A stretch of 64,000 nucleotides of DNA from an uncultured Acidimicrobiales bacterium (GTDB lineage: Bacteria > Actinomycetota > Acidimicrobiia > Acidimicrobiales > SZUA-35), in the NCBI GenBank assembly GCA_938009905.1, contig CALLGK010000027.1, positions 17,426-81,425 of the forward strand, written 5' to 3'. How positions within the stretch are numbered: the first letter of the stretch is position 1; every line of letters starts with the position of its first letter. Below are positions 26,665 to 35,695 of the stretch, in pieces. Both the position numbers and the translations under genes were made by a program. The notes below the pieces were generated by a model. It saw only the letters and a list, made by a program, of their open reading frames with translations. It was not told the DNA's origin and ran no database searches.

Positions 26665-27622
26665 CGGTGGCGAGATAGGTGAGGATCATGTCGGCCCCGG
26701 CCCGCTTGATCGCCGTGAGCACCTCAATGATGGCCACGTCTTCATCAATCCAGCCGTTGGCGGCTGCCGCCTTCAACATCGCGTACTCGCCACTCACGTG
26801 ATACGCGGCGAGGGGCAGTCGAGTCTCGGCTCGAACCTGGCTGACGATGTCGAGGTAGTACGTGGCTGGCTTGACCATGACCATGTCGGCGCCCTCCGCA
26901 ATGTCGAGGCGGATCTCTTCAATGGCCTCTCGACTGTTGCGGAAATCCTGCTGGTAACCCTTGCGATCGCCACCGTCTGCGATGGTGACGTCTACTGCGT
27001 CTCTAAACGGTCCGTAGAGGGAGCTTGCGTACTTCGCGGCGTACGCCAGAATCGCCACGTCGGTGAATCCATCACCGTCGAGGGCGGACCGAATCGCAGC
27101 GACCTGGCCGTCCATCATTCCGGACGGCGCAACCACGTCGGCACCGGCCCTGGCCTGGGCCACGGCGGCCTGCTGATAGAGCTCGAGCGTCCGGTCGTTG
27201 TCGACCTCACCTCGATCGTTCAAGACCCCGCAGTGGCCGTGTGAGGTGTATTCATCGACGCAAAGGTCGCCCATCAGCACCACGTCGTCGCCAAACCGGT
27301 CGCGTAGATCACCAAATGCGACTTGCACGATGCCATCTGGGTCCCAGGCGCCGGAACCCTGTTCATCCTTTTCGGCTGGCACACCAAAGAGCACGACGGC
27401 GTTGATGCCGGCGGAAACCGCGTCGGCCACAGCATCGATGAGCGACGCCCTCGTGTGTTGGTCGACCCCGGGAAGCGAGGAGATCGGCACCGGGTCCTCA
27501 ATGCCTTCCCGCACGAACAGCGGCAGGATGAAGTCGTTCGGGGTCAGCGTCGTCTCCGCCACCAACCGGCGCATGGCTGGAGTGCGGCGGAGACGTCGGA
27601 GTCGACGCTCGGGGAAACTCAT
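26639..27622 (-). CDS. hemB: Porphobilinogen synthase (delta-aminolevulinate dehydratase)
   Basis: RRLRRTPAMRRLVAET..., VAPSGMMDGQV, ASSLYGPFRDA, MVMVKPA motifs. Confidence 0.95.
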   Translation of the reverse strand: MSFPERRLRRLRRTPAMRRLVAETTLTPNDFILPLFVREGIEDPVPISSLPGVDQHTRASLIDAVADAVSAGINAVVLFGVPAEKDEQGSGAWDPDGIVQVAFGDLRDRFGDDVVLMGDLCVDEYTSHGHCGVLNDRGEVDNDRTLELYQQAAVAQARAGADVVAPSGMMDGQVAAIRSALDGDGFTDVAILAYAAKYASSLYGPFRDAVDVTIADGGDRKGYQQDFRNSREAIEEIRLDIAEGADMVMVKPATYYLDIVSQVRAETRLPLAAYHVSGEYAMLKAAAANGWIDEDVAIIEVLTAIKRAGADMILTYLATDACRLLAP

Positions 27623-27643
27623 CTCCCCAGGTTAGGGCGAGTG

Positions 27644-30600
27644 CTAGGCGGTGAGCCGGCGACGGCGGGTACCGAGAACCATCAGGCCACCCAACACCAT
27701 GAGCAATGCGGAGCTGGCGAACCATCGTCCAGCTTCCCCGCCGGTGAAGGCCAATGACGGAGGTGCTGCCACCAGACCGGCATCAATGCCTCGAATGTCG
27801 TCACCTGGATCAATGACGAACGGAGCGGTGACACCGCCACCGTCGACATCGTCGTCGCCGCCATTGCCTGGGGTCAGGATCGTGCCATCGGGCGCCGTGA
27901 TTCTGATTCGGTACATGCCGGGAGGAACGTCCTCGAAGAGGTACGTACCGTTCGCATCAGTGGTCGCGATGATCGGCTTGCCGTTTTGATCGAGAACGGG
28001 ATTGCCGTTCTCGTCGAGCAACTCGACGATGGCACCGGCGTGGGTGCTCTCACCGGGGTCTTGAATGCCATCACGATCAACATCGTCCCAGACCACACCA
28101 CCAACAGAAGCCGTTGGAGGCGTGCCGGTGTAGTGCGAATCATCCGCATCGTCCACCGAAGCCAAAGGTTCGCCGTCTGGACCCATCGTCGGCACGTACG
28201 CCGACGGATCGGTTGGCCACGTCGACGGGTCGGATGGATCAACCGATGGGTCGAGCGCCGGATTGCTGAAGTCTGGTGTGATCGGGTCACCCGACACCGT
28301 TGCCGTGTTCTTGTAGGCACCCTCAACAGCGGTGCCGGTGCCTTCACAGCTCACCGAACCACCAACAGCCAAGAACGGGATCACGTTCGTGCCATCCAAC
28401 ACGCCATCACCATCAACATCACAGTCAACAGTCACCGCAGCGTCAGAATCCGCAACGGTCGCATTCGCGAGCGCCGTGTTTCCGGTGTTGACCACAACGT
28501 AGGTCCACGTCACTGCGTCGCCAGCCAGAATCGTCTCGCCTGGGGCAGTGTCCGACTGAACACCATTGGTGTCCTTCTCGATGTCGATGCCAGCTTCGAA
28601 GCCAACACCCGTGTAGTGAGAATCGTCTGCGTCGGTCACAGGACCAACGGGATTCCCGTCGGGATCGGTCGGCGTCACGTATCCAGCCGGGTCGGCTGGC
28701 CACGTCGTTGGATCGGACGGATCAACTGATGGATCCAAGTCCGGGTCAGTGAAGTCCGGAAGGGCCGGGGCACCAGACACCGTGGCGGTGTTCATGTACG
28801 GACCAGGTGCGGCGATACCGGTGCCTTCACAGGTCACCGAACCACCAACCGCCATGAACGGAATCACGTTCGTTCCGTCCATCACGCCGTCACCATCAAT
28901 GTCGCAGTCGACAACAACAGCAGGGTCGGAATCCACAACGGCGGCATCCAGCAGGGCCGTAGCGCCGGTGTTTGTCACCACGTAGGTCCACGTCACCGGG
29001 TCACCAGCAGCGATGTTCTCGCCCGGCGCCTCATCAGACTGCGCACCGTTGGTGTCCTTCTCGATGTCTACTGACGGCTCAACACCGACGTAGTTCGACG
29101 GATCCTCGTCTTGCACAGTGACCGGCTCGCCAGTCACGGGGTCGGCGTATTCAGCGTAGTCAGCCCGGTCAGTCGGCCACGTGGACGCATCGGTCGGATC
29201 GCACACGCAATCAACGGTCGGCAGCGTCATGTTGCCCGACACCGACGCATTGTTCGAGTACGGGCCTGGACCGGCCACACCAGTCGACTCACATGTCACC
29301 GAGCCACCCGGAATCAGCAGCGGAATCACGTTCGTTGCGTCCATCACGCCGTCACCGTCGATGTCGCAGACAACGGCAACGGACGTTCCCGTGCTGTCAA
29401 CATCGGTCACCGTTGCATCGGTGAGCGCAACCGTGCCGGTATTGGCAACAACGTAGGTCCACGTCACCGCCGCTCCAGCGACGATCGGATTGCCAGGTGC
29501 ATCGTCAGACTGGGCACCGTTGGTGTCCTTCTCGATGTCAACTGACGGCTCAGGATCAATACCGAAATAGTGGGACGGATCCTCTGCACTCGGGTCCTCG
29601 AGCGCCGGCTCACCCGTGACGGGATTCAGCGGCTCGGTATAGGTGGCCGGGTCGGTCGGCCAGGTCGACGGATCAGCGGGGTCAACAGCCGGATCGGAGA
29701 AGTCAGGCAACACCGGGTTGCCGGACACCGTCGAGTTGTTCATGTATTGGCCGGCTTGGGCAACACCTGTGGCCTCACAGGTCACTTCGTCGCCAGGAAC
29801 CAGCAGCGGAACGATGTTGGTGTCGTCGAGAACGCCATCACCGTCAACATCACAGTTGGGCGTCACGGCCGGGTCAGAGTCACCCACAGTGGCGTCAGCC
29901 AGCGCGACATCGCCAGTGTTCTCAACCACGTAGGTCCAGGTCACCGGATCACCGGCGACGATCGTGGCACCAGTCGGCTCATCGGCGTCGAGGCCGTTCG
30001 TGTCCTTCTCAATGTCGATTGCTGGGTCGCAGAACCCGGCCATCACCGACACATCGTTGGATCGGATCGGGAGCAAAAGGCCACTCGTACGAGCGCCGAA
30101 ATTGTTGGTCCAGATGTCGCCACAGGTGGCGCCAACGGTCTCGAGATGAACCTCGATCAACGCGGTTGCACCCTTGTCGAGCGTTCCGAGATCGACGTGA
30201 ACACCTGTCACCTCGCTCGGATCGGTCGGGCACGGGTTGGTGCCGGCGGCCGGGGCAAGACCAGCGGCAACGGCGGTGCCGCCCGCTGGGGAATCACACC
30301 ACGTCGTACCTGAATCAGCAACAGCCGGGTCACGACTGATGGTGGTGGCAAGATCGGCCGTGTAGAGGATCGTGGCTCCGGCTGGGGCGACGGCACCGAG
30401 GAAGTTGAGATCTCCCGTGAACAATGATGGAGGCGTGCGGCCATCGCCCGTCAGAGCCACACCAGTCACGGGGTGACCGGCAGCAGCCGGCTCCGTCGCG
30501 TCGGCGAGGTGCGGCAGCACGTCGATCACTCGGTAGTTCTCGAGATCGACGTTGCCTTCGTTCTCCACATCAAGGGTGAAGACCATGGCGCCGTCGACGG

Positions 30601-33600
30601 CAATCACGGTGCAATCGCCAAGATCGTGGGTCGTGCCGGGAGCTTCGAAGCACGTGGTGATGTGCTCACTCACGGCCTTCTCGATGCCTGACTCTTCAAA
30701 CGGAGCACCCGTGAAGGCCTGTGCACTCGAGCTTGCCTGCGTCTTTGGGGCGCCAGTCTGTGAATCATTGCCCCTGACGGTTGCTGTGTTGGTCAACGTC
30801 GAGTCGGCTCCGGCGTCCTGGATGAGCACCTCGAATGCGAACTTGCCTTCGCCCTGAGCACCCCATCCGCCAACCTGGTTGCCGTAGGTACAGGTGATTG
30901 CCTGGCCAGCGACCGAACAAGAACCCTGAGACGGCTCGAGCGTGAATCCGACGAACGACATCGTCGCAGGCAGCACATCGGTCACCGTCACATCGTGGAT
31001 CGCATCCAGCGAGGAGCCCACCACCTTCGGATTGATCTGGAACTCGACAGTTTGGCCATTTGCCGTGATGTCCGACGGACCATCGGTGTTGATCTTTGAG
31101 ATAGCAAGCTGCGGCTCGACGATGTAGACGGCATCTGCGTGAGCAAGGCGAGGCTTCCCGTTGACATCCACGAATTCGATAACAGAGGCGTCGAAGTCAT
31201 TCTTGAAGTCGTTGAGAGCCGTGGAATCGCCACCGGTGATGGCAGCATCATCGGTGAAATCAAGGTTGCACCAGCCCAACGGGACGATGGTGTCGTCTGC
31301 ACCGAAGGCGGGACCGTTCGTGCAGCTGGGGGTCGGAGGTTGCCCGGTGCCATCCCAGTCTCCACGGGCCCGAGCGGCATACACAAACAGCTCTTGATCA
31401 GCCGCCTGCGCCGTCGGGTCGTCCTTCACCACCACCTGGAAGTTGAGGTTGATGCGCGAAGCGAATGCATTGCCGACCGTGTTGAGCGTCGTCGACTCCC
31501 ATGGAACATTGCCAGAGGTGCGAACCCGGAAGTGGGTGACGTCACCGTAGATCGGCGTTCCGTCCGCCATCGTGCCGGTTTCGAACGCAGTCAAGTCGCC
31601 GCTTTCGGCATCAACCCACGTACCAGCGTCGCCGTTGCAGTCGACGCTGTTGATACCAACCGCGTTCCTAATACCGCCAATGTTGGCCACCTCGATCACG
31701 TAGTCGAGTTCCGCGACGTCGGTACGAACCGTCGGAACGGAGGTGGGGTGCCACACTGAGGTGTGTCCGCCTTCAACGCTCGTCAGAACTTGAGCGATCG
31801 GAGATGCTGGTGCGTCTGCGTACCCACCCACCGTTGATCGGTTGATGGTGTAGGTACGAGCGTTCGCGTTGCTAGACGTTGGGAGCCCAACATCCGACAC
31901 CGGGAATGACCCCGGCATGCCAATCACCGACTGGTGCGTCGTGTCGACAGCCACGCAGAGGTGAATTGGAGACGAGAACGAATTGGCGTTCGACCTGGTC
32001 GTGATCGTATGCACACCGGAAATGATCGTCAGAACGTTGCCGCGAGGTGTCTGGCCATCGCCATCCCAGCGAGTCGAATTCTCATTGACTCCGTCAGCAC
32101 CGTTGGTGACGACAGTGCCGGTACCACCACGGGTGGTATGCCGGGTGTCGTAGGTACGCCACGTTCGGCCCTCGACGTCGGTGAACTCAACCTCTTGATA
32201 TGGGCCGTTCTGATAGTGGATGTAGTGACGCATCGAACGGCCCGGCTCGCCAGGGGGCGAGGTGGGGAATTCATATGGCGAATTGTTCGATACGCCTGCA
32301 AACCCACTGCCCGGCTCGGAAATCTCCGCTAACGAACCGTTCGTGCCGTGAATGAGAATCGGATCGACCTCAACCTGTCCCTGCATAACCTCAGCGTCGG
32401 TACCGGTAATGGCATTCACGATGATTCGAGGAACAGGCTTCGCCTGCAACTGATTTTCTGGAGCCCAGAACGCGACCTGTCCGGAGACCAAGGTGCTGTT
32501 ATTCGGACTCAAGTCAGCATTCTGCGGCGCAATATTGGACGTGTCCTGACCGGTGATGTCGATCTTCACCAACGGATACGCGACGCCACCGGACGCACCT
32601 GACAGATCCGTACACGTCCACGTGCCCACGTTGGTCTGCCCAACAGGTGTGGTCGAAGGGACACCGGCCGTGATGCCAAACGGATACGCGCCATCGCCGT
32701 CATAGCCACCACACGGCACACGGTTCAATCCAGTAGCTGAGAGCATCTGTGCCGGCGTGGCCAGCGACGTTCCGGGGACAGCATCGAAGAAGTGATCCCA
32801 GAATTCGAGGTCGATCGAGTCGTCCATCGGCTCAGAACCCTTCAGACCCCCGGCCGGCTCCAGGCGAAGGTTCCAGACGAACAGGCGACCGTTGGTTACA
32901 CCGTCAGCTCCGAGCACATCCCAGTACATCTCGTCTGGCTCGAAAGCGATGATGTCACCCGAGTCGGCGTCCTTGATCGGTTCACCCTTTACCCAGTCGC
33001 CGGCTGGGCGGGCCGACACAACCGTCGTGATCGGATTCGACACAACCGGGGCGAGCTGATCGGTTTCGAGCGACGCTGAGACGTTGAGGGGCGTATCGTC
33101 GAGCAGGCCCTTCACCAAGGCGCGAGGGTGAATGGCACCATTGGAGCCTTGATGCTCGGCATCGGTGGTACACACCAAATCTCGGCCGTCGTTGCCGGTA
33201 ATCGATGACGAGCCATCGTCGAGGCAACCGGAAGGCACGCCAGACGCTGTTGTGGCGTCTTCCAACCACTCGACACCCTCAGGAAGCGTCATCCGGATTG
33301 TGGTCGTTGTTCCGTCGGCCTCGTTGACGTTCCAATCGATGCGATATTGCACTTGGTCGTAGGTGCGAACGACGCCGTTGTTTGCGTTCAGATCGAGGCC
33401 TGGCGTGTGTCCACCAACTCCATCGTCCAGCGGATCAGCACCCGAGAACGCCGCCGTGCCATCGAAGTCAACAGACAACACGATCTCGTTCTGCTGCTGA
33501 GCTGAAACAGCAACCGGCACCGACAGCGGCGCGATGAGACCATAAGACGCGACGGCTAGAAGCTTCCTTGATCGCCTTCTGGATTTGCTTCGGGTGTTGT

Positions 33601-33613
33601 GTCGACCAATCAC
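27644..33613 (-). CDS. Giant sortase-anchored surface protein (~1989 aa): DUF11-like repeats, SdrD/Cna-B-like domain, LAFTG sorting signal
   Basis: C-terminus PSLAFTGGEAG + hydrophobic stretch + RRRRLTA; four ~155-aa repeats starting (I/V)DIEKDTNG...TWTYVVxNTG...CD(V/I)DGDGV(L/M)D; GGVVWDDVDRDGIQDPGE...TDANGTYLFEDVPPGMYRI B-type domain; start set at GTG 33613 (GGAG 8 nt upstream, then RRRSRKLLAVASYGLIAPLSVPVAVSA signal peptide); the ORF-track start at 33688 is the alternative. Confidence 0.85.
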   Translation of the reverse strand: MIGRHNTRSKSRRRSRKLLAVASYGLIAPLSVPVAVSAQQQNEIVLSVDFDGTAAFSGADPLDDGVGGHTPGLDLNANNGVVRTYDQVQYRIDWNVNEADGTTTTIRMTLPEGVEWLEDATTASGVPSGCLDDGSSSITGNDGRDLVCTTDAEHQGSNGAIHPRALVKGLLDDTPLNVSASLETDQLAPVVSNPITTVVSARPAGDWVKGEPIKDADSGDIIAFEPDEMYWDVLGADGVTNGRLFVWNLRLEPAGGLKGSEPMDDSIDLEFWDHFFDAVPGTSLATPAQMLSATGLNRVPCGGYDGDGAYPFGITAGVPSTTPVGQTNVGTWTCTDLSGASGGVAYPLVKIDITGQDTSNIAPQNADLSPNNSTLVSGQVAFWAPENQLQAKPVPRIIVNAITGTDAEVMQGQVEVDPILIHGTNGSLAEISEPGSGFAGVSNNSPYEFPTSPPGEPGRSMRHYIHYQNGPYQEVEFTDVEGRTWRTYDTRHTTRGGTGTVVTNGADGVNENSTRWDGDGQTPRGNVLTIISGVHTITTRSNANSFSSPIHLCVAVDTTHQSVIGMPGSFPVSDVGLPTSSNANARTYTINRSTVGGYADAPASPIAQVLTSVEGGHTSVWHPTSVPTVRTDVAELDYVIEVANIGGIRNAVGINSVDCNGDAGTWVDAESGDLTAFETGTMADGTPIYGDVTHFRVRTSGNVPWESTTLNTVGNAFASRINLNFQVVVKDDPTAQAADQELFVYAARARGDWDGTGQPPTPSCTNGPAFGADDTIVPLGWCNLDFTDDAAITGGDSTALNDFKNDFDASVIEFVDVNGKPRLAHADAVYIVEPQLAISKINTDGPSDITANGQTVEFQINPKVVGSSLDAIHDVTVTDVLPATMSFVGFTLEPSQGSCSVAGQAITCTYGNQVGGWGAQGEGKFAFEVLIQDAGADSTLTNTATVRGNDSQTGAPKTQASSSAQAFTGAPFEESGIEKAVSEHITTCFEAPGTTHDLGDCTVIAVDGAMVFTLDVENEGNVDLENYRVIDVLPHLADATEPAAAGHPVTGVALTGDGRTPPSLFTGDLNFLGAVAPAGATILYTADLATTISRDPAVADSGTTWCDSPAGGTAVAAGLAPAAGTNPCPTDPSEVTGVHVDLGTLDKGATALIEVHLETVGATCGDIWTNNFGARTSGLLLPIRSNDVSVMAGFCDPAIDIEKDTNGLDADEPTGATIVAGDPVTWTYVVENTGDVALADATVGDSDPAVTPNCDVDGDGVLDDTNIVPLLVPGDEVTCEATGVAQAGQYMNNSTVSGNPVLPDFSDPAVDPADPSTWPTDPATYTEPLNPVTGEPALEDPSAEDPSHYFGIDPEPSVDIEKDTNGAQSDDAPGNPIVAGAAVTWTYVVANTGTVALTDATVTDVDSTGTSVAVVCDIDGDGVMDATNVIPLLIPGGSVTCESTGVAGPGPYSNNASVSGNMTLPTVDCVCDPTDASTWPTDRADYAEYADPVTGEPVTVQDEDPSNYVGVEPSVDIEKDTNGAQSDEAPGENIAAGDPVTWTYVVTNTGATALLDAAVVDSDPAVVVDCDIDGDGVMDGTNVIPFMAVGGSVTCEGTGIAAPGPYMNTATVSGAPALPDFTDPDLDPSVDPSDPTTWPADPAGYVTPTDPDGNPVGPVTDADDSHYTGVGFEAGIDIEKDTNGVQSDTAPGETILAGDAVTWTYVVVNTGNTALANATVADSDAAVTVDCDVDGDGVLDGTNVIPFLAVGGSVSCEGTGTAVEGAYKNTATVSGDPITPDFSNPALDPSVDPSDPSTWPTDPSAYVPTMGPDGEPLASVDDADDSHYTGTPPTASVGGVVWDDVDRDGIQDPGESTHAGAIVELLDENGNPVLDQNGKPIIATTDANGTYLFEDVPPGMYRIRITAPDGTILTPGNGGDDDVDGGGVTAPFVIDPGDDIRGIDAGLVAAPPSLAFTGGEAGRWFASSALLMVLGGLMVLGTRRRRLTA
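28130..30019 (-). repeat. Four tandem in-frame coding repeats (~468-480 bp each) inside the surface-protein gene
   Basis: Repeat starts (revcomp of ...gtccttctc(a/g)atgtc...) at ~30019, ~29540, ~29072, ~28592; protein units share DIEKDTNG, TWTYVV.NTG, DGDGV, SVTCE, WP(T/A)DP. Confidence 0.85.
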
Positions 33614-34040
33614 GTGGATGGCTCCAGTTCGAATGAGGGACTTCGTTGGGCAAGAATTCGTGGAGAACTCGAGGACCACGAGACCCATCGACGTGAAGGC
33701 CGACTCTCTTCACCCTGTTGAGGCAGGGTGCTGCTACCACTTGATTGTCGATCGGGACTCTCACGCACCAACAAGGAGCGCAGTCACCAGCACGCCGTTC
33801 GACACGTTCCGAACGGACACCGCTCGACAATGCGTCTCGGTTAGCGAGTTCTCACGTGACTGGAGGTCGCTGACACAACGTCCGGTAATTCCCACGACAG
33901 CGTCGGGCCTCGAGGAATGTTCGCTCTTCAGGGAGCGGGAGCGAAAGGCCGTTCGGCCTCCCCCAAACTGAGGCGGGTTCAAGTCGACAGCGCGCTGCTC
34001 GACCTACATCAACAGCAACGCGATGCCCAAAACCTCTAGC

Positions 34041-34793
34041 TCAGGGGCACGAGCTCTCGACCGCCGTAATGAGCCCGCCATCGGTCGACGGTGTTGCAAT
34101 CCGTGAGACCGTCAACCCGACGTCAGACGCGGCCTCAGCCGTACGAGGTCCGATGGCGACAGCCGGTGGCACCTCGGCTTCACCGAGTCGTTCTGACAGA
34201 ACCGCCACAAGCCGCCGAGCGATCGACGGCGAGGTGAGCAGAATCAGATCACTAGATACGACACGTTCGACGAGTGCGTCATCGTGTTCTGGCACGATCG
34301 AGCGATACGCCGTCACGCGCTCCACCGTGAACCCGCGGGCCTCGATGGCGTCGACAAGGTCATCTGAGGCCAGCTCGGCCAATGGCGCAAGGACTGGTCG
34401 ATCCGACAGCTCAATCGGGACGGTTGCACCGAGGTCAGCCGCCGTCGCCACGGCGGGAACGAACGGTGTTGGGAACCCGGCAGCAACAACGGCAGACGCC
34501 GTTGCCGTCCCGACCGCACATGTGGCAACGTGGTCAGGCCAGGGCTGTTCGCCCATCGCGCGACGAACGGCGTTCACCGCATTCACCGATGTGAACGCCA
34601 CCAAAGCGAAGTTGCTCAGCCGTGCGACCGATGCCGCAAGTGCTGCCCCTTCATCACGCGGAGCGACGACCTCGGCGAGCGGAAAGCCGACGACGTCGAA
34701 CCCTGCTGCTTCGAGCTGCGCAGTAAGTGAGCCAGCTTGGGCCACCGGCCGACACACAACGACAGTTGCACGGCCGGCGCTGCTCGCTGGCAT
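34041..34793 (-). CDS. hemD: Uroporphyrinogen-III synthase
   Basis: 250-aa Ala/Val-rich two-lobed protein immediately after hemC with 1-nt stop/start overlap; pattern VVCRPVAQAGSLTAQLEAAGFDVVGFPL... fits HemD family (weakly conserved family, so call rests partly on context). Confidence 0.75.
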   Translation of the reverse strand: MPASSAGRATVVVCRPVAQAGSLTAQLEAAGFDVVGFPLAEVVAPRDEGAALAASVARLSNFALVAFTSVNAVNAVRRAMGEQPWPDHVATCAVGTATASAVVAAGFPTPFVPAVATAADLGATVPIELSDRPVLAPLAELASDDLVDAIEARGFTVERVTAYRSIVPEHDDALVERVVSSDLILLTSPSIARRLVAVLSERLGEAEVPPAVAIGPRTAEAASDVGLTVSRIATPSTDGGLITAVESSCP

Positions 34794-35686
34794 CAGCTCA
34801 ACCCGAGCTGCACCCGCAACTGGCGGGCAGCGTCGGCACCGAGATCAGCTGGTTCGGCCATGCTGCGAGGGCCCTCCACCTCAACCCGCCCGAGTTGGGT
34901 TTCGTCTGGCGATGCGAGCACGGCGGTAAGCACGATCTGCTCACCGACGAATCGAGCGTGGGCACCAGCCGGCAAGTCGCAATCGCCACCGAGTTCGATG
35001 AGGAAGCCGCGCTCGGCAGTGACCAACGCGCGGGTGGGCGCGTGGTCAAGCGCAGCCATGCGCTGTACGAGCTGGTCATCGCCCGTCCGACACTCAACGG
35101 CCAGCGCCCCTTGACCAATCTGGGGCACCATCACGTCAACGTCGAGCACATCAACAACGGGAAGTTCGAGGTTGAGCCGGTCAAGGGCGGCCGCCGCCAT
35201 CACAATGGCATCAAAGTCGTCGGCCTTCGACAACCGGGTCGCGATGTTGCCGCGCAGCCCAGCAAAGTTCAGCCCCGGCTGCGCGTGGGCAAGCTGGACA
35301 CGCCTCCGGTTCGAGCCGGTTGCAATCGTGGCGCCGTCGGCGAGGTCGGCGAGCCTGCTGCCAACCAGCACGTCGCGCGGGTCACCACGCTCAGGAATGG
35401 CAGCAAGTGTGAGCCCGTCAGGAGTTACCGCTTGAAGGTCCTTGGCGGAGTGGACGGCGATGTCGGCGTGCTCTTCGAGCACCAGCTCTTGAATCTCTTT
35501 ACTGAAGGCTCCCTTGCCACCGAGCTCGGAGATCGGAAGATCAAGTCGCTTGTCCGCAAAGGTCGCCGTGTCAATGAAGGCGACCGTCACGGTCGGATCG
35601 AGGGCCGTCAGCAGCGACGCCACGTGATGGGCCTGCCACATCGCCAACGGACTGTTGCGCGTCGCGATTCGGAGCTCGGCTGCCAT
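34793..35686 (-). CDS. hemC: Hydroxymethylbilane synthase (porphobilinogen deaminase)
   Basis: LRIATRNSPLAMWQAHHV..., RGNIATRL, ...GGDCDLPAGAHA motifs. Confidence 0.9.
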   Translation of the reverse strand: MAAELRIATRNSPLAMWQAHHVASLLTALDPTVTVAFIDTATFADKRLDLPISELGGKGAFSKEIQELVLEEHADIAVHSAKDLQAVTPDGLTLAAIPERGDPRDVLVGSRLADLADGATIATGSNRRRVQLAHAQPGLNFAGLRGNIATRLSKADDFDAIVMAAAALDRLNLELPVVDVLDVDVMVPQIGQGALAVECRTGDDQLVQRMAALDHAPTRALVTAERGFLIELGGDCDLPAGAHARFVGEQIVLTAVLASPDETQLGRVEVEGPRSMAEPADLGADAARQLRVQLGLS

Positions 35687-35695
35687 GACCAGGCG

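Noticed and set aside
33946-33959. Short GC hairpin ~80 nt downstream of hemD, as a terminator separating hemACD from the surface-protein gene
   Set aside because: On the minus strand it has only a ~6-bp stem including a G-U pair, a 4-nt loop and a TTTC tail. It is mentioned in a finding, but is too weak to annotate as a feature.
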